Assembly: GCA_038087875.1 (NCBI GenBank) | Contig: CM075985.1 | Location: forward strand, 7,254,001-7,318,000 | Source of the DNA: Malacoraja senta | Lineage: Eukaryota | Reading direction: 5' to 3' | Length of the DNA: 64,000 nucleotides | Part shown: piece after piece, positions 49,586 through 61,836 of the stretch | Layout: each line of letters begins with the position of its first letter | Numbering within the stretch: the stretch's first letter is position 1 | Program-made: the position numbers and the translations under genes | Notes under the pieces: model-generated | Database searches by the model: none | What the model was told of the DNA's origin: nothing | Seen by the model: the letters and a program-made list of their open reading frames with translations, nothing else

Positions 49586-51149
49586 TATCCATAATCACTC
49601 CTCTAACTTTGTCAACTCTAATCCCTTGCAAACAATCAAGGATGGGGCTATAAATATCAGGAATTGGCAATTTAGAAACATGGTCACAGAAGATCTGTGA
49701 AGATTAGAATCGGTTTCAAGAATGAATTGCAAGAACTTTGTTAGAATTAACTGTAAATGTGAGTGTAAAGATGTTTTTATATCTTGATGTGGAGATGCCG
49801 TTATGGAAGGATGTGTCTGTGGCTTGGGGTGAGGGTACGTATTGTTTCTTGGTTTCTTGGTCCTCCAAAATATTCCAAATGGAATTTAAACTGTCGCTTC
49901 AAGTGTGAAGGGCGTCTATGTCTAGGAGTGTGGCAGACGTCTGAGTTTAGGAATATGAAGATATCTGCCAGGGTCTGTGTGACTGCCCATGCCTCGACGT
50001 ATATGAGGGTGTAGACGTGCCTGTGTCTCAGAGTATGATGGTGTGTGACATGTCTGGCACCCTGTTCATTAAAGGACTCCAGAATATTCCACCTAAATCA
50101 GACAGCCTCTTTTTATGGACCTTCAATGTCGGGGATGGGGTTGCCTGTGTCGTGAAGTTTGCGATGTCTACACGTGGACATGAGGGGTTGTATCATTCTA
50201 GGAGTGTGGGACTCTTGCAGTGTGGGGAGTCAGTACCTGGTTATTTGGGCATGTGTATGTGTAATTGTGTGGTGATGAGGTGGCCTGTGGCATAAAAAAC
50301 ACAGATGTCTATGCCGGTGTGGAGAAGTCTATATCTGGCGCTATATTGGGACCGTGGAATGACCGTGGCTAGGAGTGTAAAGGTGCTATCTAGCAGCGTC
50401 AGTGTCTGGGAGCATGCGAGTGTCTCTTTCTATGGCCATGTCTGACAGAATAGTCCACATAAATCAGACAGCCTCTTTGTGCAGCTCATCAATGTCAGGC
50501 CACAGTTTCCCAGCCCTCTTACAATCAGTTCCTTCACTTTGTTTCCTCCATGATGTTGCTCCTGAATTATGTTTGAAGATTTTGTTTTGCTGCCAAGGTA
50601 ACGGGTGGAAAGGAATACAGCAGGACAGAAGATGAATGATTAAACCCTTGATTTTATGCTCAGTTATCACTTGGATAAAGGCAGCACTCAGATTAGACTG
50701 AGCGGCCGGTTTGTTCCCTTTCACGGCCTAGACGTAGAATTCGGATCATTATATAGAAAGGCCGTGTCAGAATAAACAAGGTCCTACATATTTCGGATCA
50801 ATACAGAGCAGCTTGCATTAGTGTGGGGGCATCAATGCAGTAAACTGTGGGGCTTACAGGAACTTAGTGTCACAGACCAGCTGTAGAAAATAATTACTGC
50901 AGCACATTTAGTCTGTGCACTGGACAGCCTCATTTTCCATTCTCCCCAAACTTTGATCCATGGGTTGTTGAGGTGACTATCCCTTCAGCCTCCATTCCCT
51001 CCTCTATTGCATTCCTGAGGTGTCGTGTACATCCACAACAAAAACAAGCGTGTTTACTGGGCAATCCAGCCACCTGTTTGGGCAGGTTTCAGAGCGATCT
51101 GATAGAATATGGGTGGCATCGGTGTCATAGCCCAAACCAATCCTATCCT

Positions 51150-51825
51150 AACATGGAACCGCACAGGAACAAGCCCACAATGTCTGTCCCAAACATGATG
51201 CCAGGCTAAACGAATCTCATCTGCCTGCATTTGATCCACATCCCCCCATTCCCTGCATATCCATTTACCTAAAACCCTTTTAAATGCCACTGTCGTCTCT
51301 GTTTTCACCACCACAGCGTGTTCCAGGAACCCACTACCCTCTGTGTAAACAAAAACATTGCCCCACACATCTCTATAAACTTTGCCCCTCACACCAGTTA
51401 TGGACTTGAACCCTAAGATCCCTCTGTACATCAATGTTGTTAACGATTTTGCCATTAATTATATCTTCGACCTTCCAAAGTGCAAGACATCACACTTGCT
51501 CGGATTAAACTCCGTCTGTCATTTCTCCACCCATTTCTGTAGCTGATGTATATACTGTACACCTATATACTGTTTACATTGACAGCCTTCCTCACAGTCC
51601 AGAACTGCAGCAATCTGCAAATTTACTAACCAACCCATTCTACATTTACAGCCAAATAAGTCATTTATATATATCACAAACAACAGGGGTCTGTGGCCAG
51701 AAGGATGACATTACGGAATGTCATCCTTCCACCACAGCCCTCTGTCTTCTATCAGTAAGCCAGTTCTAAATCTATACCACCAAGTCACTGTGAATCCCCT
51801 GCATCTTAATCTTTTGGGTCAGCCT
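51150..51825 (-). mobile_element. CR1 LINE fragments
   Basis: CR1 3' UTR and ORF2 remnants similar to 33420-34500. Confidence 0.75.
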
Positions 51826-52110
51826 CAAATAAGCTCTGAACTACATACAGTAGATGTGGGGGCATTGGTTTTTGTCCTTTTGCACTATTATTGGCTTTTG
51901 TTTGTTTTTATGTGTATATAATATATAAATATGTGTGTGTATATATATATATATATATTTGTGTGTGTGTATATGTACATGTACACACACACTGAACTGT
52001 TCTCGTTTATTATATTGTTTACAGTGTATTATGCTTACATATTCTGTTGTGCTGCTGCAAGTAAGAATTTAATTGTTCTACCTGGGACATATGACAATAA
52101 AACACTCTTG
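51826..52110 (+). mobile_element. Rex1-type 3' UTR with (TA)n/(TG)n
   Basis: TGTGCTGCTGCAAGTAAGAATTT...GGGACATATGACAATAAA, homologous to the 22013 element tail. Confidence 0.7.
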
Positions 52111-54147
52111 GGGACTTTACCAAATACCAATATTGCCATTTTTTCCCTCAAGATGACACCTTGAAGTGAGTGGGGCAGGTTGATTGCTCCTATATAATTC
52201 TGCCAGCTGAGCAGACAGGAGCCAATCTCCTGGTCGAGGATTCCTCATGGGTCAGGCCATGTTAGAAGGCAACGTGCTAGAAATCAAGCTGATAGGCCAA
52301 CCAGGTAACAAATGCGTGTCAATGTAGGCTTTTGGAGTGGAATTAAGAGCATGATCTTGACTGACCCTTGTTCAGAATTGAGAGGTCACTGCATCATCTT
52401 TCAGAGGAAATTTTAATGACTCTCATTAGTTCTGCTGCCAAGTGTTTTAGATTATTTTTCCTGATAACTTCAAAAGGTCATTTGCCAATTACGCTCACTG
52501 CTGTTTGGGGGAAGATCAATGAAGTATCTCAAAATAAGACATTAACCCCACCATGTCACCTTGCAGATGTTGTGCATTTCTACAGTTGAGTAAAGAAAAC
52601 CATTCTTTTTGATAACAAACTAACTGTGGAATAGACAGAAAATTTAATGTCACTTTTGTACGTGTAATGATCCGGTGCAGCAACAGGTCGTCATCTCCTT
52701 GAACCATTTCTCTTGTCCTGACGCCAGGAACCCAGTGTGAGTGATACTGTCCCTGCTCATGACCACACAATGGAAGGGCACCATGTACACCACAGGTGTA
52801 TATCCCAGGATTCATTGCATGTTATATGTGTCTATATTTGTTGATGATTCTACATGAATAGGTTCATATGTGTAATCAAGTACATCAGTATGTTTTAAAT
52901 GAGTACCTATGTGTGTACATGCTTATTGTGTAACTGTGCCTGTGTGCAAGGATTTGTTCATATATGGGTCTTTATATATATATATATATATATATTTGTC
53001 TTTTACATGAATGTGTGCAAATGTATACATTCAGCTGTGCGTTGCACTTGTATATTGTATGTGTATACACATCTATATTTGCTTTTCTATACATGTGTTT
53101 GTGTGCATTCATGTATGTTCTGTGAGAGGTATATCAATAAACAATTGTATTTTTTCATAAATGTACTGCATAGCATTTGCAAAATATTCATAACTCTGAC
53201 CCAGTTGGAGCTGCAGTTGGTGAATGTTTCATGGAAGTAGTTTATTTAAGTATAATGCAGGTGCAATATCATAGAGCAAAGTCACAGTAACTGACACACA
53301 GTGAGCAGTTACTGGGTTGAATACTGCTTCAGGGTGCAGAATCATAGTTAATCAGAAGAACAATGTGCACAGCAATGTCCTTACTGAACCTTACCTCACT
53401 GAGCCTACATCTACCTGCATAACTGTATACAGCATCTCAGCTGAAAAAAATCCCTGCATCTCCCAGTTTAATAACTAAAACTAATCTAAAAGAAAATTAG
53501 CTTCAATTCATAATTGGGGTTAATTAGGCGATTTCAACAACGGGAGTAATTTTCTTGCTGCCTTCAGTGTCAGTGAGCCAGAACCAGCCGGGACGCTGCT
53601 GCTGATCCAGCGATTAATCCCCCTTGTTAATCATCTAGAGTACTTCAACCCACCTGGCAGGGATTATTGAGAGTTGCCACAGAGGATCAACTTGCTTCCT
53701 AACTCCTGTCACAGACGTGTCTGTCTGGAGCTAATCCAAGATTCCCAGATGGCTTCCCCTCAATAACTAAGTTTAAGGGAAATGCAGAAGAAGTTTCAGG
53801 GATCAGATGAGAGGCCAGATATCTGAAACTGCGTTACTCAAAGGGAAGTGCAATGGTACAGTGTAATGGCTCTTTTCCCATTGATCTAAATTCTTCCATT
53901 CTGTTTATCTCTACAGAGTGTTGTCCAAAGACCCAGATCATGTCCTCTGACAATTTAGCTAATTTGGTATAAATTTGCGTCAATCTGCTTTGACCTGGAA
54001 TGTGCTGCCCCAAAAAAAAATGGAAAGGGAAATACTGAAATGAGTAGACTTGGTTGATAATAATTTTCAATTATCCAGTGAAGTAATTTCCTGATGTGTG
54101 GTTAATATTGAGATATGTGCTGAAAGGAGGGAGACACTTGGGTGATA

Positions 54148-54278
54148 TCTTCAGAAGGATCTCGACCTGAAACATCACCCATTCTTTCTCTCCAGAGATG
54201 CTGCCTGTCCCGCTGAGTTACTCCAGCATTTGTGTCCATCTTCAGTTCAAACCAGCATCTGCAGTTCCTTTCTGCACG
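54148..54278 (+). mobile_element. Penelope-derived short element
   Basis: GAAGGATCTCGACCTGAAACATCACCCATTC...CAGCATCTGCAGTTCC. Confidence 0.75.
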
Positions 54279-54744
54279 AGATACGTGGGGGCATGATTGG
54301 TGCATTGAAAGATATGGTGCAGAGGTAGAGGATCTTGACGAATATAATGAGAAATGGGGTGGATTTGAAGAATATGTTGTGAGTTTGGGTGGTGTCTACC
54401 CATTTAAACAGAGTGAGCCAAACATTCTACTGGTGATTACTATCTCTATTTTTCTCCAAGGGCCAGACTCTCTCCAGAACTCTGGTTGGGTAGAACTGAT
54501 CACTGAATGTGCTGACAGCTGGGACCAAACCTTTTGTTTGCTGTACGGGATTAAGATTGGTTCCTAAAAGACTCGAGTAAATTTCACACTTGACACAGTC
54601 AGAAAATTAATATTTTATTTAAAATTATGCCAGCCGTTTACAACTGGATTTGTGAAGTTACAAACATTCAATGTTTCTGTGTAAACCATGACTTTATTTA
54701 CTATAACCTTCGCTGGCAGTTTTTTTAATAACATTCCCATGTCT

Positions 54745-55240
54745 CACTGCCTAACACACCTGGAGTATGTGCTTGCATCGCATTAACTCACCTGATGTTT
54801 TTGTCCTCCTCTTGCACACTCTCTAACACGCTGTCCAACACACTTGATGTTTGTGCCTTCCTGTGGCACACTGTCTAACACGCCTACTGTGTTTCCTGAA
54901 ACTGCAGCCTGTAACTCTACAGGTATGTGTGTCTGTCTACACTAAATTGTCTATATACTGCATTTGTGTGCAAACTAATGTGACATCTTCTAACACAGCT
55001 GGTGTGTGTTTTCTCATATATTACATTATCACATGTGTCTCATATACCAGGTGTGTCCATGCCTTCATGTTGTACACTATCTAACACATCAGGTGTGTTT
55101 TCTGATATTGCAACCTGTCTAACTCCTGCTACATGTGTTCTTTTTTTGTATATTGTACATGCAACCAGAATGTGTCTATTCTCGTGTTGAACACTGTCTA
55201 ACATCTCTGGTGTGCGTGTTGCATACTATATCACACCATC
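54745..55240 (+). repeat. Degenerate minisatellite, unit about 38-45 bp
   Basis: Recurring (TGT)CTAACAC(A)CCTGGTGTGT-like units. Confidence 0.55.
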
Positions 55241-55939
55241 CCGACAGTGTTAAAATCTAAATCTGATTATCGACAGCCACAGAGAGGCTTGATGTTCTGT
55301 CTATCAACCTAGTTGTAACAGTTAATCTCTTGGAGAAACTGCTTTCAATTCCATCATGACTACATTTATTGGAACAGGAATGTGCCGTGTATTACGACAA
55401 TGTAACTCTGTGTACTGCGGACAAGATGTAGAAGCAATCACTTCACCTGTGACATTATATTTTTTTAGCCCCAGAAAGAGCGGATTAACTCTGTGATACA
55501 TTGCTAACTAAATGGTTTGAAGATGCAATGTTTTTAGCAATTTGAGTGTGAACTTCCATTCTCCATTCCTCCTCCCCACCACCCCACTGCCAGGTTAGTG
55601 TGTATGAGAAGAGGCACTGAGTCCTACATCCAATAATTAAACCAATGCTTACTGACCATGTGACGTCCAAATGGAAGCGATGCTCGGCCACCTGTTTCCC
55701 TCCCTGTCGTATCTGCCAAATGTAGATTCTATAGAAACCAAAAAAACATAAACTTAGATTGGGACTCTCTCAGGTCCTCTCAGCGCAGGCCCTCCAAGAG
55801 GGGTGATCTTATACAGGTGTATAAAATCATGAGAGGAATAGATCGGGTAGACGCACACAGTCAAAGATTTTTCAAAATATGTTCAGCTTTTGAAAATTCA
55901 TGCTGGGAATTGAATTATGAATCTAATATCGGTGCTAAA

Positions 55940-56072
55940 ATCAGTCTGAAGAAGGGTCTCGATTCGAAGCGTCACCTATCCATGTTCTCCAGAGAAGCTG
56001 CCTGATCCTCTAAGTTAGTCCAGCACTTTGTTTTTTTCTCAAGTTTCCAACATCTGCTGTTCCTTGTGTCTC
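55940..56072 (+). mobile_element. Penelope-derived hammerhead-bearing short element
   Basis: AGTCTGAAGAAGGGTCTCGATTCGAAGCGTCACC. Confidence 0.75.
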
Positions 56073-56433
56073 CATCCACTACTACTCTGTCTCCATCACC
56101 AAGCCAATTTTGAATCCAATTTGCCAGCTCATCTTGGATCCCATGTGCCTTGACCTTCTGGACCAACCCACCACATGGGACCTTGTCAAATACCTTACCG
56201 AAGTCCAAGCAGGCGATGTCTACTACTATGCCTTCAGTTCTCTACTTAGTTAACGTCTCAAAATACTCAATCAAATGAGTGTGAAAAAATGTATATGCTG
56301 CCCATCCCTGATCCGCTCTCATTGTACTTAGATCCTATCATTTCCCCAGTAATGTCCCTGCTACATCATGCTCACCAGTCTGCAGTTTACCTGGCTTATC
56401 CCTGCTGCCCAGTTAAAATAAAGGATCAACATT

Positions 56434-56574
56434 CTTCTTCTTCTTGAGTATCGCGTGCACAGCCTAAAGTTGTAGGACAACTTGTTCTATTTGATCTTAT
56501 TTGATTGTGCACGCCAGGTTGATTACATTCGTCAAAACAGGGCGGAACACGTGAAGGTTGCAATCTCCCACCCC
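56434..56574 (-). mobile_element. 141-bp non-autonomous retroposon with a 5' HDV-like ribozyme and (AAG)n tail
   Basis: 10-bp TSD GATCAACATT at 56424-56433 and 56575-56584; - strand ends ...GATACTCAAGAAGAAGAAG. Confidence 0.85.
56521..56574 (-). ncRNA. Minimal HDV-like (delta) self-cleaving ribozyme fold
   Basis: GGGGUGG(P1) GA GAUUGCA(P2) ACC(P3) UUCACGU(L3) GUU(P3') CCGCCCU(P1') GUUUUGA CGAA(J4/2) UGUAAUC(P2'). Confidence 0.78.
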
Positions 56575-57324
56575 GATCAACATTAGCTATCCTCCACTCT
56601 TCTGTTATCTTACCTACACCTAAGGAAGAAGCAAAGATCTCTATCAAAGCTTTATGATTCCCATGACATCTCATGCCTCCTCCTTCTTAATACTGACCTG
56701 CTCCAGATTATCCACATATCCTTCCCTAACTCACGATCTTCCATGATGAGGAGCATAACATTTAGGAGGAGGTCATGGTACTGAGCTCCAAATCTCACCA
56801 GTTTGCTCTCAAAGTCTTGCTGTATAATGGCACCTCCAACAGAAACAGAAGGAAGCATCAGGCCTGTAATCTATGTGCGGGCACAGCAGCTGTGATTACT
56901 GCTGACTCACACCTGCCTAATGTTTTGGTTCTCGGGCAAAATTAGTTTGGAACCTGGAGTTGAGTTACGAGGATTCTTCTTAAATGGTCACTGCCTTTGG
57001 AATTTAGTGTCAACTTCACACTGTCAATGTCAGTCATTGAAATTGATGAGGGCATTGACTCTGCACTGATTGCCCTGTGGGATAAAGATTACCTGCACAT
57101 TCTGGATCAGTTGGCAAGGGTGAGAATAAGTGTAGTGTGGGACGAGCAAAGTAACCAAACTTAACCCTCTCCCCACTATGGAGGAGCTGGCAGGTTACCT
57201 GGTGATACCTGGTAGGACCACTTGACCCTGAGATTAGCCAACTGCGGTCAAAATCAGGATCTTTGTGTCTAATGCTTCAATATCACCAGAGACAGCCCAT
57301 TTAGCCAGCAGAGTACATTTTAAG

Positions 57325-57512
57325 CGTGTAGGAAGGAACTGCAGATGCTGGTTTACACCGAAGATAGACACAAAATGCTGGAGTAACTCAGCGAGACAGG
57401 CGGCATCACTGGATAGAAGGAATGGGTGACGCTTCGGGTCGAGACCCTTCTTCAGACTAAAGAAACGTCACCCATTCCTTTTATTCAGATATGCTGCCTA
57501 TCCCGTGGAGTA
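57325..57512. mobile_element. Penelope-derived short element with inverted partial copy
   Basis: - strand hammerhead-like core at 57425-57458 (GAAG in place of GAAA), then + strand GAAACGTCACCCATTCC. Confidence 0.8.
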
Positions 57513-57722
57513 AATTTTAAGAATGTAACAGGACTGGGAATGATTTGTGGCTGCTCTGCCTTCAACGACTAACTTGGTGCCTCAACTTTCCAACCCAATC
57601 TCCATACCTTGATTCCATTATCATCCACGATACCTAGTTCTTCATGAGATTACTGGAGTAGTCCCTGAAATATTCCTAGTTCAGCAGTTGTTAATTCCTG
57701 CCTGCAATGTTTCTGCCATACA

Positions 57723-58041
57723 AGGCAGCATGGTGGCGCAGCGGTAGAGTTGCTGCCTTGCAGCACTCGCAACGCCGGAGACCCGGGTTCGATCCCGACT
57801 ACGGGTGCTGTCTGTACGGAGTTTGTATGTTCACCCTGTTACCTGCGTGGGTTTTCTCCGGGATCTTCAGTTTCCTCCCACACTCCAAAGACATACAGGT
57901 TTGTTGGTTAATTGGCTTGGTATAAGTGCAAATTGTTCCTAGTTTGTGTAAGAGAGTGTTAATGTGCGGGGATCGCTGTTCGGCACGGACTCGGTGGGCC
58001 GAAGGGTCTGTTTCCGCGCTGTATCTCTAAACTAAACTAAA
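57723..58041 (+). mobile_element. HE1-like V-SINE, full length
   Basis: GGTGGCGCAGCGGTAGAG...GGGTTCGATCCC...CTCTAAACTAAACTAAA. Confidence 0.92.
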
Positions 58042-58156
58042 AGACTGCAGTCTTTTTCCGTGTTCCTTAACAGACCAACCCACCCCAGCCCGCGATTGAT
58101 ATGTGTCAGCAGTAGACTCTCCGAGGTTACTGTATCTGCAAGCACAAATGGACGCG

Positions 58157-58472
58157 AGTTTTAGTTTGTGTTTTAGAGCCACAATGCGGAAACTGGCCCT
58201 TTGGCCCACCGAGTCTGCACCGACCAGTGATCCCAGCACATTAACACTATCCTACACACACCGGGGACAATTTTTTTACACATACACCAAGCCATTTAAC
58301 CTACATACCTGTACATCTTTGGAGGGTGGGAGGAAACCGAAGGTCTCGGTGAAAACCCATACAGTTATGGGAATCAACTAACTCCGTACAGACAGGACCC
58401 ATAGTCGGGATCGAACCCGGGTCTCCGGCGCTGCAAGGCAGCAACTCTACCGCTGCCCCACTGTGGCAGCCC
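58157..58472 (-). mobile_element. HE1-like V-SINE, full length, tail-to-tail with the previous copy
   Basis: Reverse complement of the same head, V-domain and tail. Confidence 0.9.
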
Positions 58473-60063
58473 CCATAAGAAAGCCATCACTGTGCACAGT
58501 GGCCCAGCCAAGACAAGTAACCACATGCAGCCACTGGTTAGCAGCCATGGGTAGGAGGTCTGGCTGCCTACTCACTGGGACTATTTATAAAGCCATCTGC
58601 TTGCATAACCAGGTGAAAGCATACACCTGAACTGTGGAGCTCAGCTTTTCACCAGTTGCCTTGTGTACCCATCTGTATACTTACATGAATAAAAGCACAC
58701 AAAAAAGCAGGAAACACCAGCAGGTCAGGCTGCATCTGTGGAGAGAGAAACCAGAGTTAACCTTTCAGGTTGTTGGTTAGATTCTGCCTGCCCGACCCTA
58801 CTGAATATTTCCATCATTTTCTGTTTCAATTTCTGATTTTCAGAATCTTTTACAGAATCTTTTAAATTTAAGTTGCTAATTCTCTTATTACTCTGAATGG
58901 CCAAACCAACACCTGCCTAACAGCCTCAGAATTGTAAAAGTTAAGAAGACCCAAACACATCTCATTAAATGAACAGATGCATTATTTCCCCTCAACCTGC
59001 ACTCTAATACATCTAGATTATTGAACACGAGACTTCTTAATCGTTCAAAAAAATATAAACAAGAGCACGTATTCTGGCTGCATTGTTCACTGTGATAATA
59101 AGTGTTGATCGCTTCTCAATGAACTTGTACCAGTGACGCAATAGAAGTTGATTTTTCTATAACGTTGTCAACACTTCAGTACAGAGAGAATTGCAGTCAT
59201 TGTGAAGCAACTTTAATATTAAAGGTTCCCCTTTTCAAAGGAAACCCAAGTGCAAAATGCCCTACATGTTAGCAAAACAGTCCTTAACTGTGCATTACAA
59301 TTACAAAATTGTCCCACAAAATTTAAGGATTGTATGATCTATCTAAGCAGCACAGAGAGGATTGATTTGGCAGAGATGAGAATGAGAGCTTGAGGGTTTT
59401 GTTGTGTGATAAACGTAAGTACAATCACAACCTGGCCAACCAGCTGTCGATGCCGAAGCGACGGTTCATCTGCATCACCAGGAAAAGGAAATTTCATGCT
59501 CTCCATGTGTTTACTCAAAATATTGCCTTATTTTGATACCATTACATTCAGTTTGGGACATGCTTCATGGTTTCCTGTAAGATATTTTCTGGCCAATTTA
59601 TAACTACCGCCAATTAGATCAACAGATTGTCCCATAGCCCTGAAGATCTTTCCTTTCCAAGCATCTATCCAAATTCTTTATTACTGAATCTTTGCACAAA
59701 GCATGGGCTAATCATAAACATTCAAGACATAATGAGAATTTCTCCTCATTATTGTTCGATTTGGTAACCAATTTCCTTTCTGCATTTCTGTCATTTTTAG
59801 TTCTGTATCTGATGATTAATTCTCACTAGAATGTATTAAGTTATCTCCGACATAAGATACCTTTCCTCCTTTCAACCCTTCTCAGAGTTGCTGGAGTTTT
59901 GTCAGGTAGAGCTTTGTTACATCAGCTTCAAGGCTTCGGCTACAAAGATGCAGTACCAACCCACACTGAAGTCAACCTAGATCTTACTAAATTTTACTGT
60001 CCACCTCTGTAACAAAGTCACAGTGATATGCTTCTTTGTTCATTGTAGGAAGAAGTGCTCTGC

Positions 60064-60150
60064 TCTCTGGCTGTAGTTGGCAAGTCTAGAACCACCGGAT
60101 CCCTCTATCTCACCAGTGTGAGTTCTACCATTGCCAAAAGCAGCCAGAGA
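60064..60150 (-). ncRNA. MIR182: microRNA-182 precursor
   Basis: 5p UUUGGCAAUGGUAGAACUCACACU at 60138-60115 and 3p UGGUUCUAGACUUGCCAACUA at 60094-60074 match the known mature sequences. 10-bp lower stem (tctctggctg/cagccagaga). Position next to NRF1 as in other vertebrates. Confidence 0.98.
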
Positions 60151-60719
60151 CTCGCTCCTCCCACTATATCAAGGCAAGAATCCTCCTCAGATAAAGTGCC
60201 TGCACTACATTGGTGCAGCGAGAGAAATCCATGAAGTCTTCCTGCACCCGTCTCTGTAAGCAGACGGTTCAGCATTAGAAATAATGGATATAAAAGTTGT
60301 GTGACAAGAAAATCAATACCATTGATGCAGCTCAGTTACCAGTGGGGGGAAGAGAGCAAGGTCACAAAATACAAGAAGCACCTTGCCAACATTAACCAGT
60401 CAAGCGGCAGAGAGTGTGATCACAAATGTGCAGGCAACATGATCACCAGCACTGCAGCGAGCAGGGAGGATAATAGAAATAAAATATTCTGAGTATTCAG
60501 AACTATTCATAGCACTCCTGCCCAAACTAATCTTCTCCACAATTCCCCAAATGTTCCCATCCTTCCACATTCTTCGGCAGAGCTTGTCCTTTGCTTCGTG
60601 ATCCATCTCACTTTCTGTCTTTCTTTCAGTGGTGTCTCACGCCACGGATATTTCACCCAAGGCACTGCGTGGTGGGTTGGGTCGCATTCTCACCCAGGAC
60701 CATGGTGGTTGCTGTGCTT

Positions 60720-60803
60720 CCTTTTCCTATATTGGCACTACACATAATTGCTCAAAGTCCAGATACAAAAGCAAAAATGTGCTAGTGCCAAAATGGGCAA
60801 AGG
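60720..60803 (-). ncRNA. MIR96: microRNA-96 precursor
   Basis: 5p UUUGGCACUAGCACAUUUUUGCU at 60792-60770 and 3p CAAUUAUGUGUAGUGCCAAUAU at 60750-60729 form a hairpin. Confidence 0.98.
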
Positions 60804-60971
60804 AGAGATTCCTTTACTTTCTGCCATCTCAGCTCTTTTCCAAAGTATCCTCATCAGTTCCAATCCTCTGAAGAACTTGGATGACATTTTCTTGGCATGG
60901 AGGTAGTATATCATGCAATTAGTTGATTCATGTATTCTTACTACATTTTGTAAATGTGACTCAATGTAATG

Positions 60972-61180
60972 GAGACACAAGGAACTACAGATGCTGGTTT
61001 ACAAAAAAGGAAATAAAGTGCTGGAGTAACTCAAATGGTCAGGCAGCAGCTCACGAGAACATGGATAGGTGACTTTTCAGATCAAGACAGTCTGAAGAAG
61101 GGTCCCAACCCAAAACGTCACTTATCCATGTTCTCCTGGACTGCTGAGTTACTCCAACACTTTGTGTCTTTTTGTAATCC
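60972..61180. mobile_element. Palindromic Penelope-derived short element
   Basis: - strand arm, then + strand AGTCTGAAGAAGGGTCCCAACCCAAAACGTCAC...TGAGTTACTCCAACACTTTGTG. Confidence 0.8.
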
Positions 61181-61584
61181 AATGTCATGGCTCGGGTTCA
61201 GGCTTTGGAGAGATAGTTAAAAAGTAAAATATTGCCCAAGATCCTTGACTTGATGTTACTTGCGAAAAAGTTCTGTCTTAAATAATTGATAATAACTCAT
61301 TTATCTTCACAACTTCTGTGCTATCTTGTAAAAACAGAGCAAAATATTTAATTTCACATCCTGCCTCTGCTTTTTATACTGAAATTTGAACACACAACTT
61401 TCTAATTCAAAGGCAAGAGAACTATCCTTGTACCAAGATGTACATGCACCAAGCAGGTCTTTGACTGTCAGGGGAGCTTCCAAATGAAAGATTTAAAGTG
61501 TTTGGGGAAGAATTTTGTCTTTGGCTATGTGGCCAAACACCTAGGAGAGTAGCGATCAACAATTTTGGATTGATTGAAAGAATC

Positions 61585-61836
61585 GGCGCGGAAACAGGCC
61601 CTTCGGCCAAATATTGATCACCCATTCTCACTAGTTCTATGTTATCCCACTTTCACATCCATTCGATATACACTGGGGACAATTTACAGAGGCCAATTGA
61701 CCTACACAACTCGCACGTCTTTGGGATGTCTACGCGGTCACAAGGAGAATCCACACAGACAGCACCCAAGGCCAGGATCAAATCATGGTCCCTGGCGATG
61801 TGAGGCAGCAGGTCTATCAACTGCCCCACTGTGCCA
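61585..61836 (-). mobile_element. HE1-like V-SINE (internally deleted)
   Basis: Tail GCGCGGAAACAGGCCCTTCGGCC and head remnants. Confidence 0.75.

Larger units (their letters stand above)
56075..56680 (-). mobile_element. Degenerate CR1 RT fragment (host of the 141-bp insertion)
   Basis: DFGKVFDKVPCGGLVQKVKAHGIQDELANWIQNWL; EEWRIANV. Confidence 0.8.

Noticed and set aside
57723-57800. tRNA gene
   Set aside because: The A/B boxes belong to the V-SINE head; no complete cloverleaf, and it continues into the SINE body.
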